Positions 32,365-46,987 of a DNA stretch of 64,000 nt are shown in pieces. The position numbers and the translations under genes were made by a program. The DNA is from an uncultured Actinomycetota bacterium (GTDB lineage Bacteria; Actinomycetota; UBA4738; HRBIN12). The stretch spans positions 1,165,607 through 1,229,606 of the forward strand of contig CAVZUH010000004.1 of NCBI GenBank assembly GCA_963778505.1, read 5' to 3'. The first letter of the stretch is position 1; every line of letters begins with the position of its first letter. The notes under the pieces were generated by a model. It did not search any database. It was given only the letters and a program-made list of their open reading frames with translations, and was not told where the DNA came from.

Positions 32365-33065
32365 CCTGCCCCGGCCATGACGTGCGACAGCAGCGACGCG
32401 AACAACGCCTGGCCGCCCGTCGGGCCGACGTCTGGATCCACGGCGTGCTCCGGGTGCGGCATCAGGCCGACCACGTTGCCCGCCTCGTTCCGGATGCCGG
32501 CGATCCCCCGCAGGGCGCCGTTGGGGTTGTGGTCCTCGGAGACGTCGCCGTCGGGACCGCAGTAGCGGAAGACGACCCTCCCGTCGTCCTCGAGCCGATC
32601 GAGATCGGCCTCTCCGGCGACGAACTGACCCTCCCCGTGCTTGATCGGGATCTCGAGGATCTCGCCCGGCAGCACGTCCGCGGTGATCGGCGTCTGGGTC
32701 GTCTCGACCCGCATGGAGACGACCCGGCAGACGAACCGGAGCGACCGGTTCCGGATCAGGGCGCCCGGGAGCAGCCCGGACTCGCAGAGGATCTGGAAGC
32801 CGTTGCAGATGCCGACCACCGGACCACCCCGGCCGGCGAAGCCTCGGATCTCCTCCATCACGGGCGCGAACCGGGCGATCGCGCCGCACCGCAGGTAGTC
32901 CCCGTAGCTGAAGCCGCCCGGGAGGATCACCCCGTCCACCCCGTGCAGGTCCGGGTCGGCGTGCCAGAGCGGCACGCCCTCGCCGCCCATCAGCTCCACC
33001 GCGCGGAGGGCGTCCCGATCGTCGAGCGAACCGGGGAACGTCACGACCCCGATCCGCGCGCTCAC
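32361..33065 (-). CDS. purQ: phosphoribosylformylglycinamidine synthase glutaminase subunit PurQ
   Basis: GTG 33065, then RIGVVTFPGS, GICNGFQIL (catalytic Cys) and MPHPEHA. 235 codons. Confidence 0.9.
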   Translation of the reverse strand: MSARIGVVTFPGSLDDRDALRAVELMGGEGVPLWHADPDLHGVDGVILPGGFSYGDYLRCGAIARFAPVMEEIRGFAGRGGPVVGICNGFQILCESGLLPGALIRNRSLRFVCRVVSMRVETTQTPITADVLPGEILEIPIKHGEGQFVAGEADLDRLEDDGRVVFRYCGPDGDVSEDHNPNGALRGIAGIRNEAGNVVGLMPHPEHAVDPDVGPTGGQALFASLLSHVMAGAG

Positions 33066-33317
33066 TCTCCCCCGCACCTCCAGGATCCGCGAGTCCTCGA
33101 TCACCGGGTTCGAGAGAAGCCGGCCCGACATCTCCTCGACCTGCGTCCGCGCCTCCGACTCCGATCGGGCCTCCACCTCGAGCCGGACGTGCTTGCCGAC
33201 CCGCACGCCGGAGACGTTCGTCCATCCGAGCGCCGGGAGCGCACCTTCCACGGCCTTGCCCTGGGGATCCGCGAGCCCCGGCTTCAGCGTCACCAGGACC
33301 TCGACGGCGAACCTCAT
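33062..33317 (-). CDS. purS: PurS; one extra base in the c-run at 33069-33073 fuses it to purQ as sequenced
   Basis: [23 protein letters not shown]...[12 protein letters not shown]. Removing one base gives RGE-stop in a GTGA overlap with the purQ start. The span is 256 nt, 1 mod 3. Confidence 0.8.
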
Positions 33318-34282
33318 CCGCGCTCCTCCCGGAGACGCTCGAGGGCGGGATCGTCGTCGAGCGCCCTGTCGTCGTCGCGGAGCATCACCCCGGCGCGGGC
33401 GAGGTAGGCATCGAACGGCTCACCGGTGATCCGGTCGTACGCCTCCACGGTATCGCGCCTTCGTGCCCTCGACGACCTCGGGTGGGAGATGCAGGCGCCG
33501 GCGGTTCCCGGTCCCACCCCGTCCGATCGAGGTAGATCGCGCACGAACTGCTTGTCGAACGACGGCTGCGCACCGCCCGGCGCGTAGTCGTCGGCCGGCC
33601 AGAAGCGGGAGGAGTCCGGCGTGCCCACCTCGTCGATCAAGATCAGCTCGCCGTCCGCGAACCCGAACTCGAACTTCGTGTCCGCCACGATGATGCCGTG
33701 CCCGGACGCGGTGTCGGCGAGACGCTCGTAGATCGTCGAGCGTGAGCTCCTTCAGCCGCTCGAACAGTCCCTTGCCGACGAGGTCGACTGCTTCCTCGGG
33801 AGTGAGCGGCAGGTCGTGGCCGGCGTCCGCCTTGGTGGTCGGCGTGAAGATCGGTTCGGGCAGACGATCGGACTCGACGAGCCCGCCGGGAAGCGGCACG
33901 CCGCACACGGAACCCGTCGTCCGCGTACTGCGTCCAGCCCGAACCCGGAGAGGTAGCCGCGCGCCACGCATTCCATCGGCACGACCGTCGGCCTTGCGCA
34001 CGAGCATGGCGCGACCGGCGAGGGCCGGGACGCCGGCGAACGGCGGCGGGAACGTCGCCGGGCTCGTCGACACGACGTGATTGCGAGACCAGGTCGGCCG
34101 TGCGGTCGAACCAGAACGACGAGAGGCCGGTGAGCACGCGCCCCTTGTCGGGGATCGGGTCGGGGAGCACGACGTCGAACGCGCTGATTCGATCGGTGGC
34201 GACGAGCAGGAGGCGGTCCTCGCCGGCGTCGTAGACGTCGCGGACCTTCCCCCGGGCCTGCAGCCGCGGCGTCGGGGCTCAC
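33314..34282 (-). CDS. purC: SAICAR synthetase; several frame breaks
   Basis: Pieces across frames: [67 protein letters not shown] and [16 protein letters not shown]. The GTG start overlaps the purB stop. Confidence 0.85.
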
Positions 34283-35596
34283 TCTGCCTCCACGGGGAGC
34301 TTCTCGAGCTTCTCGAAGACACCACCGAGGTTCGCGAGGTACCGGCTGGGGTCGAACAGGGCGATCGAGCGCGGCCGGGTCGAGCCGCCGAGCGACCTCG
34401 GCGATCCGCCTCCAGCACGCCCCGGAAGCCGGCGCCCTCGTCCCACGCCTGTGCCGCGGCCGACTGGACGACCGCGTAGGCCTCGTCTCGTGACAGCCCT
34501 GCGTCGACCAACGCGAGGAGCACCGACTGGCGAGTAGACGACGCCACCGCCGACCTCGAGGTTCTCGCGCATCCGGTCGGGGAACACGTGCAGCCCGTCG
34601 AGCACCCACGTCAGGTCGCGGAGCATGAACGCGAGCAGGCCGGTGGCGTCGGGGAAGATCATCCGCTCCGCGGACGAGTGCGAGATGTCGCGCTCGTGCC
34701 AGAGGGGCACGTTCTCGAGCGCCGCCTGGGCGTAGCCGCGGATCACGCGCGCGAGGCCGGAGACCCGCTCCGAGACCACCGGGTTCCGCTTGTGCGGCAT
34801 CGCGGACGAGCCCTTCTGTCCTTCCGCGAACGGCTCCTGCACCTCGCGGACCTCGGTCCGCGCCAGGTGCCGGATCTCGGTGGCGATCTTGTCGAGGGTG
34901 GATGCGGTGATCGCCATCGCCGTCATCAGCTCGGCGTGCCGATCGCGCTGGATCACCTGGGTCGAGGCCTCGACGCTGCGCAGACCGAGCCGCGCGCAGA
35001 CGAGCTCCTCGACCCGCGGGATCGACCGAGGCGTACGTCCCGACGACGCCGCTGATCGCGCCGACGGACACGATCTCGCGCGCGCGCCGCAGCCGGTCGC
35101 GGTCGCGATCCAGCTCGAACGCCCAGACGGCGAGCTTGTGGCCGAAGCTCGTCGGCTCGGCGATCACGCCGTGCGAGCGGCCGGCGATGACCGTGTCCCG
35201 GTGCTGCAGCGCGAGCCGCTTGGTCGCGGCCAGCAGGCGTTCGAGCTCGGCGAGCAGCACGTCGGCGGCCGCCCGCAGCTGGAGCGCCGAACCCCGTGTC
35301 GATCACGTCGGAGGACGTCAGGCCGAAGTGGATCCAGCGGCCCGTCGGGGCCGATCGCGTCCGCCACGACGTCGACGAACGCGGCGACGTCGTGGCGGGT
35401 GACCGCCTCTCGCTCCGCCACCGCCTCGACCGTGAACGCCGCGCGCTCGCGGCATGCGCGCGGCATCCTCCGGCGGGACCACGCCGAGCTCCGCGAGGGC
35501 TTCCACCGCGAGCAGCTCGATCTCGAGCCAGTTCGCGAGACGTGCCTCGTCCGACCAGACGGCCTCCATCTCGGGGAGGCGGTAGCGCGGGATCAC
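34279..35596 (-). CDS. purB: adenylosuccinate lyase; several frame breaks
   Basis: VIPRYRLPEMEAVWSDEARLANWLEIELL and the signature GSSAMPHKRNPV. The C-terminal third is disrupted. The GTG start overlaps the purE stop. Confidence 0.85.
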
Positions 35597-36067
35597 AGCT
35601 TGAGGCCCTCCGCCAGGTCGTCCTTGAACTTCCAGAGCGTCGCCTGGATCGTCTCGTCGCCGAGCGCCCACGATCTGTGCGGCGAGGACGGCGGCGTTCA
35701 CCGCCGCGTCCACCCCGACGGTCGCGATCGGGACGCCGGTGGGCATCTGCGCCGTGATCGCGAGCGCCTCGTTCCCGACCATCTGCGGCGACGACGCGAT
35801 CGGGACGCCGATCACCGGGATGATCGTGCGGGCCGCGACCGCGGCCGCGAGGTGCCCCGACATCCCGGTCGAGCAGACCACCACGTTGAGACCCCGCTCC
35901 GACGGCGGTGCTCGCGTACTCGTCGACGAGGTCGGGGTTCCGCGAGGAGGACATGATCTGGACCTCGTGCGGGATGCCGAACTTCTCCAGGATCAGGCCC
36001 GCCTGGCGCATGATCGGCAGCTCGGACGGCGAGGCGGCCAGCACCCCGACGATCGGCGCCTCTTCGG

Positions 36068-36071
<4 letters not shown>
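35593..36071 (-). CDS. purE: PurE-like (N5-CAIR mutase family) protein, divergent active-site motifs; two +1 breaks
   Basis: IVGVLAASPSELPIM, HEVQIMSSSRNPD, VVVCSTGMSGHLAAAVAARTIIPVIGVPI and AQMPTGVPIATVGV. This aligns along the whole length of E. coli PurE, but GSKSD is replaced by ASPSE and SAHR by SSSR. Confidence 0.7.
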
Positions 36072-38647
<2,576 letters not shown>

Positions 38648-38795
38648 TCAGTCTAGCGGACGCGCGGGACCGCCCCCGACTGCCACGGTCCGCATCCGAC
38701 CAAAGGCGGTAGCCATCCGGGACCGTTCGGACGCTTGACCCGCTCGGAAGCGCGGTTGGTACGGTCACCGGAGCAGCTGACCAGACGACTGGAGG

Positions 38796-38831
38796 CCGCG
38801 ACGCGTGTGTTCCGCGTTGCGGACTTTTTTT
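38796..38831 (+). terminator. canonical intrinsic terminator on the plus strand with no upstream plus-strand gene (leader attenuator or sRNA 3' end)
   Basis: CCGCGACGCG-tgtgttc-CGCGTTGCGG (10-bp stem with one G-U pair), followed by AC and seven T (38825-38831). Confidence 0.7.
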
Positions 38832-38888
38832 CGTCCTCGAACGGGAGAACTTCATGCAGGAGATGGGCCGCGGCCGAGCGGACGTCCG

Positions 38889-40105
38889 ATGAGCAAGAGC
38901 AAGAGCAAGAGCAGAGACGAGATCGAGCTCGAGAAGCTCGTCGAGATCGACGGGGAGTACTGCGTTCCCCACGAGATGAACGAGGCCCGTCACGTCGTCG
39001 ACTGGGGTCCGTTCGAGCCACCTCGGAGCGCCTGGTACCTCGTCCACAAGTTCCTGCTCTTCGTGCCGGCGATGTACCTGTTCATCCTCGCGGTCCAGAT
39101 CATGAAGACGGGCGCGGCCGCGATCGGACCGGAGATCCAGGGGCAGTTCCCGTTCGCGAACGGGATCTCGACCCTGGGGTTCGGCTGGCTCGGCGCCTAC
39201 TTCGTGCTCTCGGGCTCGCCGGTCGCCGCGACCGCGATCAGCCTGTTCGGCGCCGGCACGCTGACGAAGCTCCAGACGTTCACGATGCTGTCCGGATCAC
39301 GCCTCGGCGCGTCGTTCATCGTGCTGTTGACGGGGTTCCTCTACGCGGCGCGGAACCGGAACGACCCCAATCGGGGCGAGCCGATCGGGATGGGGATCCA
39401 GGCGCATGACGATGACGGCGCTCGTGTACCTGCCCGGCATGATGATCGGGTACGCGATCATCCGTAGCGGGCTGCTCGACGGGCTCAACCTGCACGCGTC
39501 CGGGTCGCTGGAGGCGGCGCTGTCCGGTTGCGTGGGGCCCGGTCGTGGACGCGATCGAGAGTCTCGTCCCGGCCGCGCTCCTGTTCCTCGTCGGGCTCCT
39601 CGTGATCCTGGCGTCGTTCAAGGTGCTCGATCGCGTCCTGCCGCAGGTCAGCAGCGACACGACGGCGACGAAACGTGCCGCGTGGATGCGTCGCCCCTGG
39701 ACGATGTTCGCGCTCGGCTGCATCGTGGCGACGCTGACGCTCTCGGTGTCCGTCGCGCTCACGGTCCTGATCCCGCTGGCGGTGAAGGGGTACGTCCGCC
39801 GGGACGAAGCGCTCCCGTACATCATGGGCGCGAACATCACGACGCTCGCCGACACGCTCGTCGTCGCGATGCTCCAGCGCGACCCGGCGGCCGCGCAGAT
39901 CGTGCTGGCCGAAGCGATCGGGGTCACGATCGTGTCGTTGGCGATCCTGGCGTTCTGGTACCAGCCGGTGAAGCGGAGCGTGATCCGTCTGGACGACTAC
40001 CTCGTGGGATCGACCCGGCGGCTGGCGATCTTCGTCGGCATCCTCTTCGTGCTGCCGGTGTCGTTCCTCCTTTCGGGGTTCTGGATCGGTCCGATCGTCC
40101 AATAG
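38889..40105 (+). CDS. Na+/phosphate-cotransporter-family (PF02690-like) membrane protein; two +1 breaks
   Basis: FLLFVPAMYLFILAVQIMKTGAAAIG, SGSRLGASFIVLL, and a second repeat with ALPYIMGANITTLADTLVVAML. About 10 hydrophobic segments. The start is uncertain (see the uORF at 38854). Confidence 0.65.
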
Positions 40106-40190
40106 GTCCCGCTCCGATCGATACCTGTCCGGTCCCGTTCGATCCCGTCGCCGGTTCGTAGGACCTTCCCTGTACGCTTCCGAGCCGCCT

Positions 40191-41510
40191 GTGGACGACG
40201 ACCTGACGACCGCCCCGGCGCCGAGCGCCGGCCTCAGAGCGAGCCTGTCGTTGCTCCGCCGCAACCGTGATTTCCGGGCGCTGTTCTTCGCCTCGGTGAT
40301 CTCACTCGGCGGTGACTGGTTCCTGTGGGTCGCGATCAATGGGCTGATCTTCGCGGAGACGGGCGAAGGCGCTCTACGTCGGCCTCGCGATCCTGGCGCA
40401 GGAGTTCGCGTTCTTCCTCGCGTCGCCGATCGGTGGCGTGCTGGCCGACCGGCTCGACCGGCGGAAGCTGATGATCGTTTGCGATCTCGCCCGGGCCTTG
40501 ATCTGCGTCGCGTTCCTACTCGTGGGCCGCGACACGCTCTGGCTCGCGTACGTGCTGCTGCCCCTCCTGGCGTCATTCGCGGCGCCGTTCGACCCGGCCT
40601 TCTCAGCGGCCACGCCGAACGTCGTGGAGCCGGACGACCTCCCTGCCGCGAACGCTCTGAACGGATCGCTCTGGGGAACGATGCTCGCCGTCGGCGCCGG
40701 ACTCGGTGGCACTCGTCAGCGCTGCGTTCGGCGCAGACACGGCATTCCTCGTCGACGCCGCTTCCTTCCTGGTTTCCGCCGTGCTGCTCTCGTCGATCCG
40801 GCGTCGCTTCTCCGAGTCGGCGGGAGAGGCCACCGAGCACCCCGGTGCGATCGAGGCCACCAGGGAGACGTGGCGCTTCGCACGGCGCGACCACCGGGTC
40901 CTTTCTCTGCTCGCCGTCAAGTTCGGGTTCGGGGCTGCGGCCGGACTCCTCGCACTGATCCCGGTGATGGCGATCGACGTCTTCGAGTCCGGCAACGTCG
41001 GCTTCGGCATCCTCATGGCGGCGCGCGGAGTGGGCGCGTTGATCGGGCCGTTCCTCGGCCACCGGATCGCGGGGCCCGGGACATCGCAGGCTCTTCCCCG
41101 CGATCGGGCTGTCGCTCGCAGTGTTCGGCCTCGGGTACATGGCGCTGGGGGTCGCACCCTCGCTGGCGCTGGCGGCGGTGACGATCTGCGTCGCCCACCT
41201 GGGCGGCGGATCCCAGTGGATGCTGTCCACCTACGGCCTGCAGGTGCTCGTCCCCGACCACATCCGCGGCCGGATCTTCGGGTTCGACTACATGCTGATC
41301 ACGCTGTCGCTCTCGGTCTCCGCGGTCGTGGCCTCCGCGGTCGCCGATCGGATCGGAGCACCCATCACGGTGACCATCCTCGGCGGGGTGGCGCTCGCGT
41401 GGGCGGGGGTGTGGTTCGTGCTCAGCCGGGGCGTTCGCAAGACGGGTCTGGAGGGATGCGCCGAACCCGATCCGGACACGGGATCGGAGCGAGTCCCCTC
41501 GATCAGCTAG
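40191..41510 (+). CDS. MFS transporter; three frame breaks
   Basis: NRDFRALFFASVISLGGDWF, GGVLADRLDRRKLMIVCDL (MFS loop 2-3 motif), and 12 hydrophobic segments when read across frames. Confidence 0.75.
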
Positions 41511-42202
41511 GCGTCAGCCGGGCGGTTGGTCGGGTCGGCGGCGGCGGATCCGGTGGCGTCGCTCCCGCAGGGGGCGTCGCCGGCGGAGCCGTCGACGGCT
41601 CGGACGGGCTGCCGAACGACACACCGGGCGCGCCGGGCTCGAAGCTCACCCTCGGAACGCCCTCGTCGCCGCGGAGCGCCTCCTCGACCTCGAAGAACTC
41701 CTCTTCCTCGAAGTGGAACATGTTCGCGATCGACGTTCGAGGGGACGGACTGGACCCGCCGGTTGTAGTCGCGCACGTTCGCGTTGTAGAAGCGCCGCGC
41801 CGTCTGGAGTCGGTCCTCCGTGTTGGCGAGCTCTGCCTGGAGCGCGAGGAAGTTCTGGTTCGCCTTGAGATCCGGATAGTTCTCGACGACGGCGAACAGC
41901 TGGCGCAGGGCGGCGACGAGCGGCCCCTCCGCCGCGGCCTGGGCGGCAGGCGATCCCGTCGCACCGGTCGCCATCGCGCGGGCCTGCGTGACGTTCTCGA
42001 GCACCTCTCGCTCGTGCGCGGCGTAGCCCTTCACCGTCTCGACGATGTTCGGGATCAGGTCGTACCGGCGCCGGAGCTCCGTATCGATGTTCGCCCACGC
42101 GTCACGGATCAGGTTCTTCTGCGAGACGAACCGGTTGTACATGACCACGCCCGCGAGGACGAGCACCACGACGATCCCCAGCACCACCCAGAGAACTTCC
42201 AC
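41503..42202 (-). CDS. LemA-family protein; one +1 break near the 3' end
   Basis: N-terminal TM helix (VLWVVLGIVVVLVLAGVVMY), then NRFVSQKNLIRDAWANIDTELRRRYDLIPN, ENYPDLKANQNFLALQAEL and ARRFYNANVRDYN. The tail is Pro-rich. Confidence 0.8.
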
Positions 42203-42233
42203 GTTCGCTCCCTTATCCGACGGTCCCGGAAGC

Positions 42234-42921
42234 CTACCCCTTCGGGTACAGAGAGCTCACGACGGCCGGGATCTGCTCACGGAACGTCTTGGCGGTGCCC
42301 AGGAGGTGGACCATCCCGGCCGGCTTCACCCGCTTGCGCCAGCAGAGCAGCCGGTCGCCGACGATCTCGAACGCGTAGCCCTCACCCCGCAGCAGGAGCC
42401 AGTCCATCATCCGCGCGTCACAGAGGGCGGTCGCGAACCGCTCGTCCGGTCCCTTGACGGTGAATCGCCGGTTGAACTCCTCGGACTCGAACTCGATGTC
42501 TCGGAACGTGAGGGCGTCCGCGAGGCGCGTGAACACGTTCTCCTCGCTGATCTGCAGCTGCGGGGCAGAGCGCGTCGACCGGCGCGATCACGCAGTCGAA
42601 CCGGTAGTAGCTCTTGGAGCGATGTCCGTTCGAGTCCGAGGACTCCTCGTAGTACCAGTAGTCGAAGGCTCGGACCTCCAGATCGTGCCAGAAGCCCCAC
42701 ATCACGTTCTCGACGCCACGGCCGTCTCCCTTCTGCAGGAGCGAGAAAGGTTCCCCCAGGGTGTCGAACGGATCGTCGAGCGAGAAGTCGAGGCGCTGAC
42801 CGAGTGCGAGGGAACGCAGCTCCCGTTGGCGCTGGAGCTTCAGTTGATGCTGGTAGTAGACGAGGCCCCCAGCCACCAGGACGAACACGAGGATCAGCAG
42901 CAGCGGCGCGAGCTCACCCAT
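42234..42921 (-). CDS. DUF3137-like membrane-anchored protein, paralogue a; one +1 break
   Basis: N-terminal TM helix (LAPLLLILVFVLVAGGLVYY), FSLLQKGDGRGVENV, and FRDIEFESEEFNRRFTVKGPDERFATALCDARMMDWLL. Family name is from memory. Confidence 0.6.
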
Positions 42922-42987
42922 GCCGGGAGTATCGACCCCCGTCCCTCGGGAGCCAAGGCCGGAGGATGACCGGATCTGACCGAGGCC

Positions 42988-43759
42988 TCATCGTGTCGAA
43001 CCGAAGAGCGGATCGACGACCGGAGGAACACGATCAAGGAACGTGGCCATCGTCTCCAGCGCCCAGGTCACGTCACGATCGAGTCGTCGCGGCGTGCGGC
43101 ACATGAGCGACCCGTCCAGGATCTCGAAGCCCGTGTCCGATGGCAGCTCCAGCAGCCACGCCATCATCCGGGCATCGACCAGGGCGTGGGCGAACCGTGC
43201 GTCGTCCGATCGGACCTCGAACGCGCGATTGAAGCTCTCGAGCTCGAAATCGATGTCACGGTCGCCCATCGACGTCGCGACCCGGGATGCGAAGCCCTCC
43301 GGGAGGATCGAGATGTTCGGCCATGCGACCGGTACCGGCGTGGCGGCGCACGTGAAGTACCGATGATCGCTCCTGGACGGATCGCTCGACCGGGCGAACC
43401 AGTAGTCGATGACGACCACCTCCATCCCTCGCCAGGATCCCCAGGACGTGTTCTCGATGTCCTTGGCTGCCGCCGCGTGCCCGAGGAGCGCGAACGGACG
43501 CTCGAAGTAACCGAGCGGATCTCCCGGAGCCGACCGGAGACCGAGCGATCGCGCCTGCTGCTTGATGGAGCTCCCTGCGGGGTCTGACCTTGAACCACCA
43601 GCCCAGGAAGAAGAGGAGTCCGATGAACCCCCATGTGGCGACCTGGGCGGGAAGCTCCCTCTTGGCCGTCGCGTCCCCCGCGAGCGCGAGGAGCAGCATC
43701 CCTCCGAGGAAGACAACGCCGAGCCAGAGCAGGATCGTCCTGCTCGTCCGAACCCTCAT
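42988..43759 (-). CDS. DUF3137-like membrane protein, paralogue b; one or more +1 breaks
   Basis: Two N-terminal TM segments, FALLGHAAAAKDIENT, and DRDIDFELESFNRAFEVRSDDARFAHALVDARMMAWLLEL. Confidence 0.6.
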
Positions 43760-43825
43760 CGACGGTCCCCTCGCGCGCGCATCGCCACCCAAGAGGAGTA
43801 TCGACCCAAGGGGTCGCCGGCTGAC

Positions 43826-46445
43826 CTATCCCGACTCGGCTCCCGTCGCCGCCTCCGCGCGTTCCTTCACGCGCAATGCGAGCCCATCGGAACCCGCTCC
43901 GACGACCACCGTGTCGCCTTCACGGACTTCGCCGGACAGCAGCATCAGCGCGAAGGGGTCCTGGATCTCGCGCTGGATCAGCCGCCTGAGCGGACGCGCG
44001 CCGAAATGGGGGTCGTAGCCCGCGTTCGCGAGATAGGTCCTCGCCTCGTCGGTGAGCTCCAGCCGGAGCTTGCGGTCGGATAGTCGCTGCTGCAGTCCAC
44101 GCAGCTGGATGTCCACGATCTTCTGGATGTCCTCACGGCTGAGCGAATCGAACACGACCACCTCGTCGATCCTGTTGATGAACTCGGGACGGAAATGCGC
44201 GCGGACGTCGGCGAGCACCTTCTCCTCGCGCTCTTCCGGCGATGCGGTCTGGTCCTGGAAGATCGCGGCGCCGAGGTTCGACGTCATGATCACGATCGTG
44301 TTGCGGAAGTCCACGGTTCGACCCTGGCCGTCGGTGAGCCGACCGTCATCGAGCAGCTGGAGCAGCACGTTGAAGACGTCCGTAGTGGGCTTTCTCGATC
44401 TCATCGAGCAGCAACACCGAGTACGGGCGCCTGCGCACTGCCTCGGTCAGCTGGCCGCCCTCTTCGAACCCGACGTAGCCGGGAGGCGCGCCGACCAGTC
44501 GCGACACCGTGTGCCGTTCCTGGTACTCGCTCATGTCGATCCGGATCATCGCCCGCTCGTCGTCGAAGAGGAACTCGGCGAGCGCGCGGGCGAGCTCGGT
44601 CTTGCCGACCCCGGTCGGTCCGAGGAACAGGAAGGAGCCGATCGGCCGGTTCGGGTCCTGCAGGCCGGCGCGGGCACGGCGGATCGCGTTCGCGACCGCC
44701 GTGACCGCGGCGTCCTGCCCCACCACCCGCTCGTGAAGCGCCTCCTCGAGGTGGACGAGCTTGTGCATCTCGCCTTCCAGCAGGCGAGACACCGGGATCC
44801 CGGTCCACTTGGCCACCACGGCGGCCACGTCTTCCTCCGTGACCTCCTCGTTCAACATCTTCAGCTCCGACTGGATCTCCTGGAGGCGCTCGTTCTCCTC
44901 CTCCAGCCGGCGCTCCAGCTCCACGATCCGGCCGAACCGCAGCTCGGCGGCCTTCTCGAGGTCGCCGTCGCGCTCCGCCCGCTCCGATGCCGCGCGCGTC
45001 TCCTCCAACTCGGACTTGAGGGCGCGGATGCGATCGATCTGCTCCTTCTCCTGCTGCCAGTGCGCGCGCATCCCGCGAGCGCGTTCCTCCAGGTCGGCGA
45101 GCTCCTTCTCGAGCTTCTCGAGCCGTTCCTTGGACGCCGGGTCCGATTCCTTCTGCAGCGCGGCTCGCTCGATCTCGAGCTGCCTGATACGCCGCTCCAC
45201 CTCGTCGATCTCGACCGGCACGGAATCGATCTCGATGCGAAGGCGGGATGCCGCCTCGTCGATCAGGTCGATGGCCTTGTCCGGGAGGAACCGGCCCGTC
45301 ACGTAGCGATCCGACAGGACGGCGGCAGCCACGAGAGCGGGGTCTTGGATCCGGACGCCGTGATGCACCTCGTACCGCTCCTTGAGACCGCGGAGGATCG
45401 CGATCGTGGCTTCGACGGACGGCTCCTCCACGAGCACGGGTTGGAATCGCCGCTCCAGGGCGGCGTCCTTCTCGATGTGTTTGCGGTACTCGTCGAGCGT
45501 GGTGGCGCCCACCAGCCGGAGCTCACCGCGGGCGAGCATCGGCTTCAGCATGTTCCCGGCGTCCACCGCGCCCTCCGCCGCGCCGGCGCCCACGATCGTG
45601 TGCAGCTCGTCGATGAAGGTGACGATCTCTCCTTCGGAGTCCGCGATCTCCTTCAGGACCGCCTTGAACCGTTCCTCGAACTCGCCGCGGTACTTCGCTC
45701 CGGCGATCATCGCGCCGATGTCCAGCGCGATCAGCCGCTTGTTCTTGAGCGACTCCGGCACGTCGCCGTCGACGATCCGCTGCGCCAGCCCTTCGACGAT
45801 CGCCGTCTTCCCGACACCGGGCTCCCCGATGAGGACGGGGTTGTTCTTGGTGCGGCGCGACAGGACCTGGATCACCCGGCGGATCTCCTCGTCCCGGCCG
45901 ATCACCGGATCGAGCTTCCCCTTCTTCGCCTGCTCGGTGAGGTCCCGGCCGAAGCGCTCGAGCGCCTGGAACGTCTCCTCCGGGTTCTGCGAGGTGACGC
46001 GATGCGAGCCGCGAACCTCCGCCAGCGCGGCCAACACGCCGTCTCGCGTGAGGCCGGCTTCGGTGAGCAGACGCGCAACGAGGGCCGTCTCCCTGGAGCA
46101 TCGCGAGCAACAGGTGCTCCGTCGAGATGTACTCGTCCGTGAGCTGTTCGGCCTCCCGGCCCGCTGCCTCCAAGAGTCGTGCGGTCGAAGGCGACAGGCT
46201 GACCTGCACTCCTTCGGCGTAGACCTTGGGCTTCGGCCTCGAGGGCCTCGTCGACCTTGTCCCGAAGCTGCTTCGGAACCACGCCCAGCTGATGCAGGAG
46301 GGGGAACACCACGCCCTCGGGATCGGTGAGCAAGCGCGTACAGGACGTGCTCCGGCTCGATCTGCTGGTGGTGCCGGGCAGACGCCTGCTGGTGCGCCTC
46401 CTGGAGGGCCGCCTGCGACTTGATCGTCAGCCTGTCGAGTTCCAT
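43826..46445 (-). CDS. clpB: ATP-dependent chaperone ClpB; about 4 frame breaks
   Basis: Two AAA+ modules ([15 protein letters not shown]; [17 protein letters not shown]) separated by a long coiled-coil. The C-terminal part starts [25 protein letters not shown] in a separate frame. Confidence 0.9.
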
Positions 46446-46987
46446 CCGCTCCTCGCTCTCTCGAAGTCCACCTTGGTCATGCCGTACATCAGGTAGTCGC
46501 GTGGCTCGCCCTTCGTCGGCATGAAGCCGCGCAGCGTGCCCTCGAGGCCGAACCCGAGATGCTCGGCCACTCGCCGCATCGCCGCGTTGTCCACGTCCGT
46601 CGTGAGCTGAACCCGATGGGCGCGTTCCTCTACGAACAGGTGCGCGAGGAACATCGCGAGCGCCCGGCGCCCGATGCCGGCGCCGCGTTCGGACGGATCG
46701 AAGACCTCGATCCCGATCTCGAAGACACCCGGCGGCAGTCCCATGTCCGGCTGCCGCGCCTGGATCTCGCCTGCGAGGCGTCCGTCCGACACGATCCCCA
46801 GGAGGAGCTCGCCGTGATTGACCTGACCGCTGTTCGCGACCCGGTTTCGCAACTTCCGGCGCGAGTCCTCGCTGGTGTCGGCCCACGGCTCGTCCGACCG
46901 CGTCCGTGCGACCCAGAGCGCATCGAGGTCATCCGACTGGAGAGGCCGGAGCGAGACGTCCCTGGTCAATCTCGTCTCCTTGGCCAC
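46427..46987 (-). CDS. GNAT-family N-acetyltransferase
   Basis: Intact 186-aa ORF with the acetyl-CoA motif [18 protein letters not shown] and [23 protein letters not shown]. It overlaps hspR by 22 nt and clpB by 19 nt. Confidence 0.75.
   Translation of the reverse strand: MAKETRLTRDVSLRPLQSDDLDALWVARTRSDEPWADTSEDSRRKLRNRVANSGQVNHGELLLGIVSDGRLAGEIQARQPDMGLPPGVFEIGIEVFDPSERGAGIGRRALAMFLAHLFVEERAHRVQLTTDVDNAAMRRVAEHLGFGLEGTLRGFMPTKGEPRDYLMYGMTKVDFERARSGWNSTG

Noticed and set aside
32361-33317. A 318-aa ORF that looks like a PurS-PurQ fusion. The purD reading frame similarly runs into purE at 36068-36090.
   Set aside because: Both junctions sit on five-base c runs (33069-33073 and 36082-36086). 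Deleting one base yields RGE-stop and GEASR-stop respectively, each overlapping the downstream GTG start. This matches the run-extension pattern seen throughout the window.
38892-38915. The AGCAAG hexanucleotide repeat (about 3.5 copies, encoding SKSKSKS) at the 5' end of the transporter gene, considered as a phase-variation tract.
   Set aside because: The unit length is a multiple of three, so copy-number change would stay in frame. With so few copies it is more likely just a low-complexity N-terminus.
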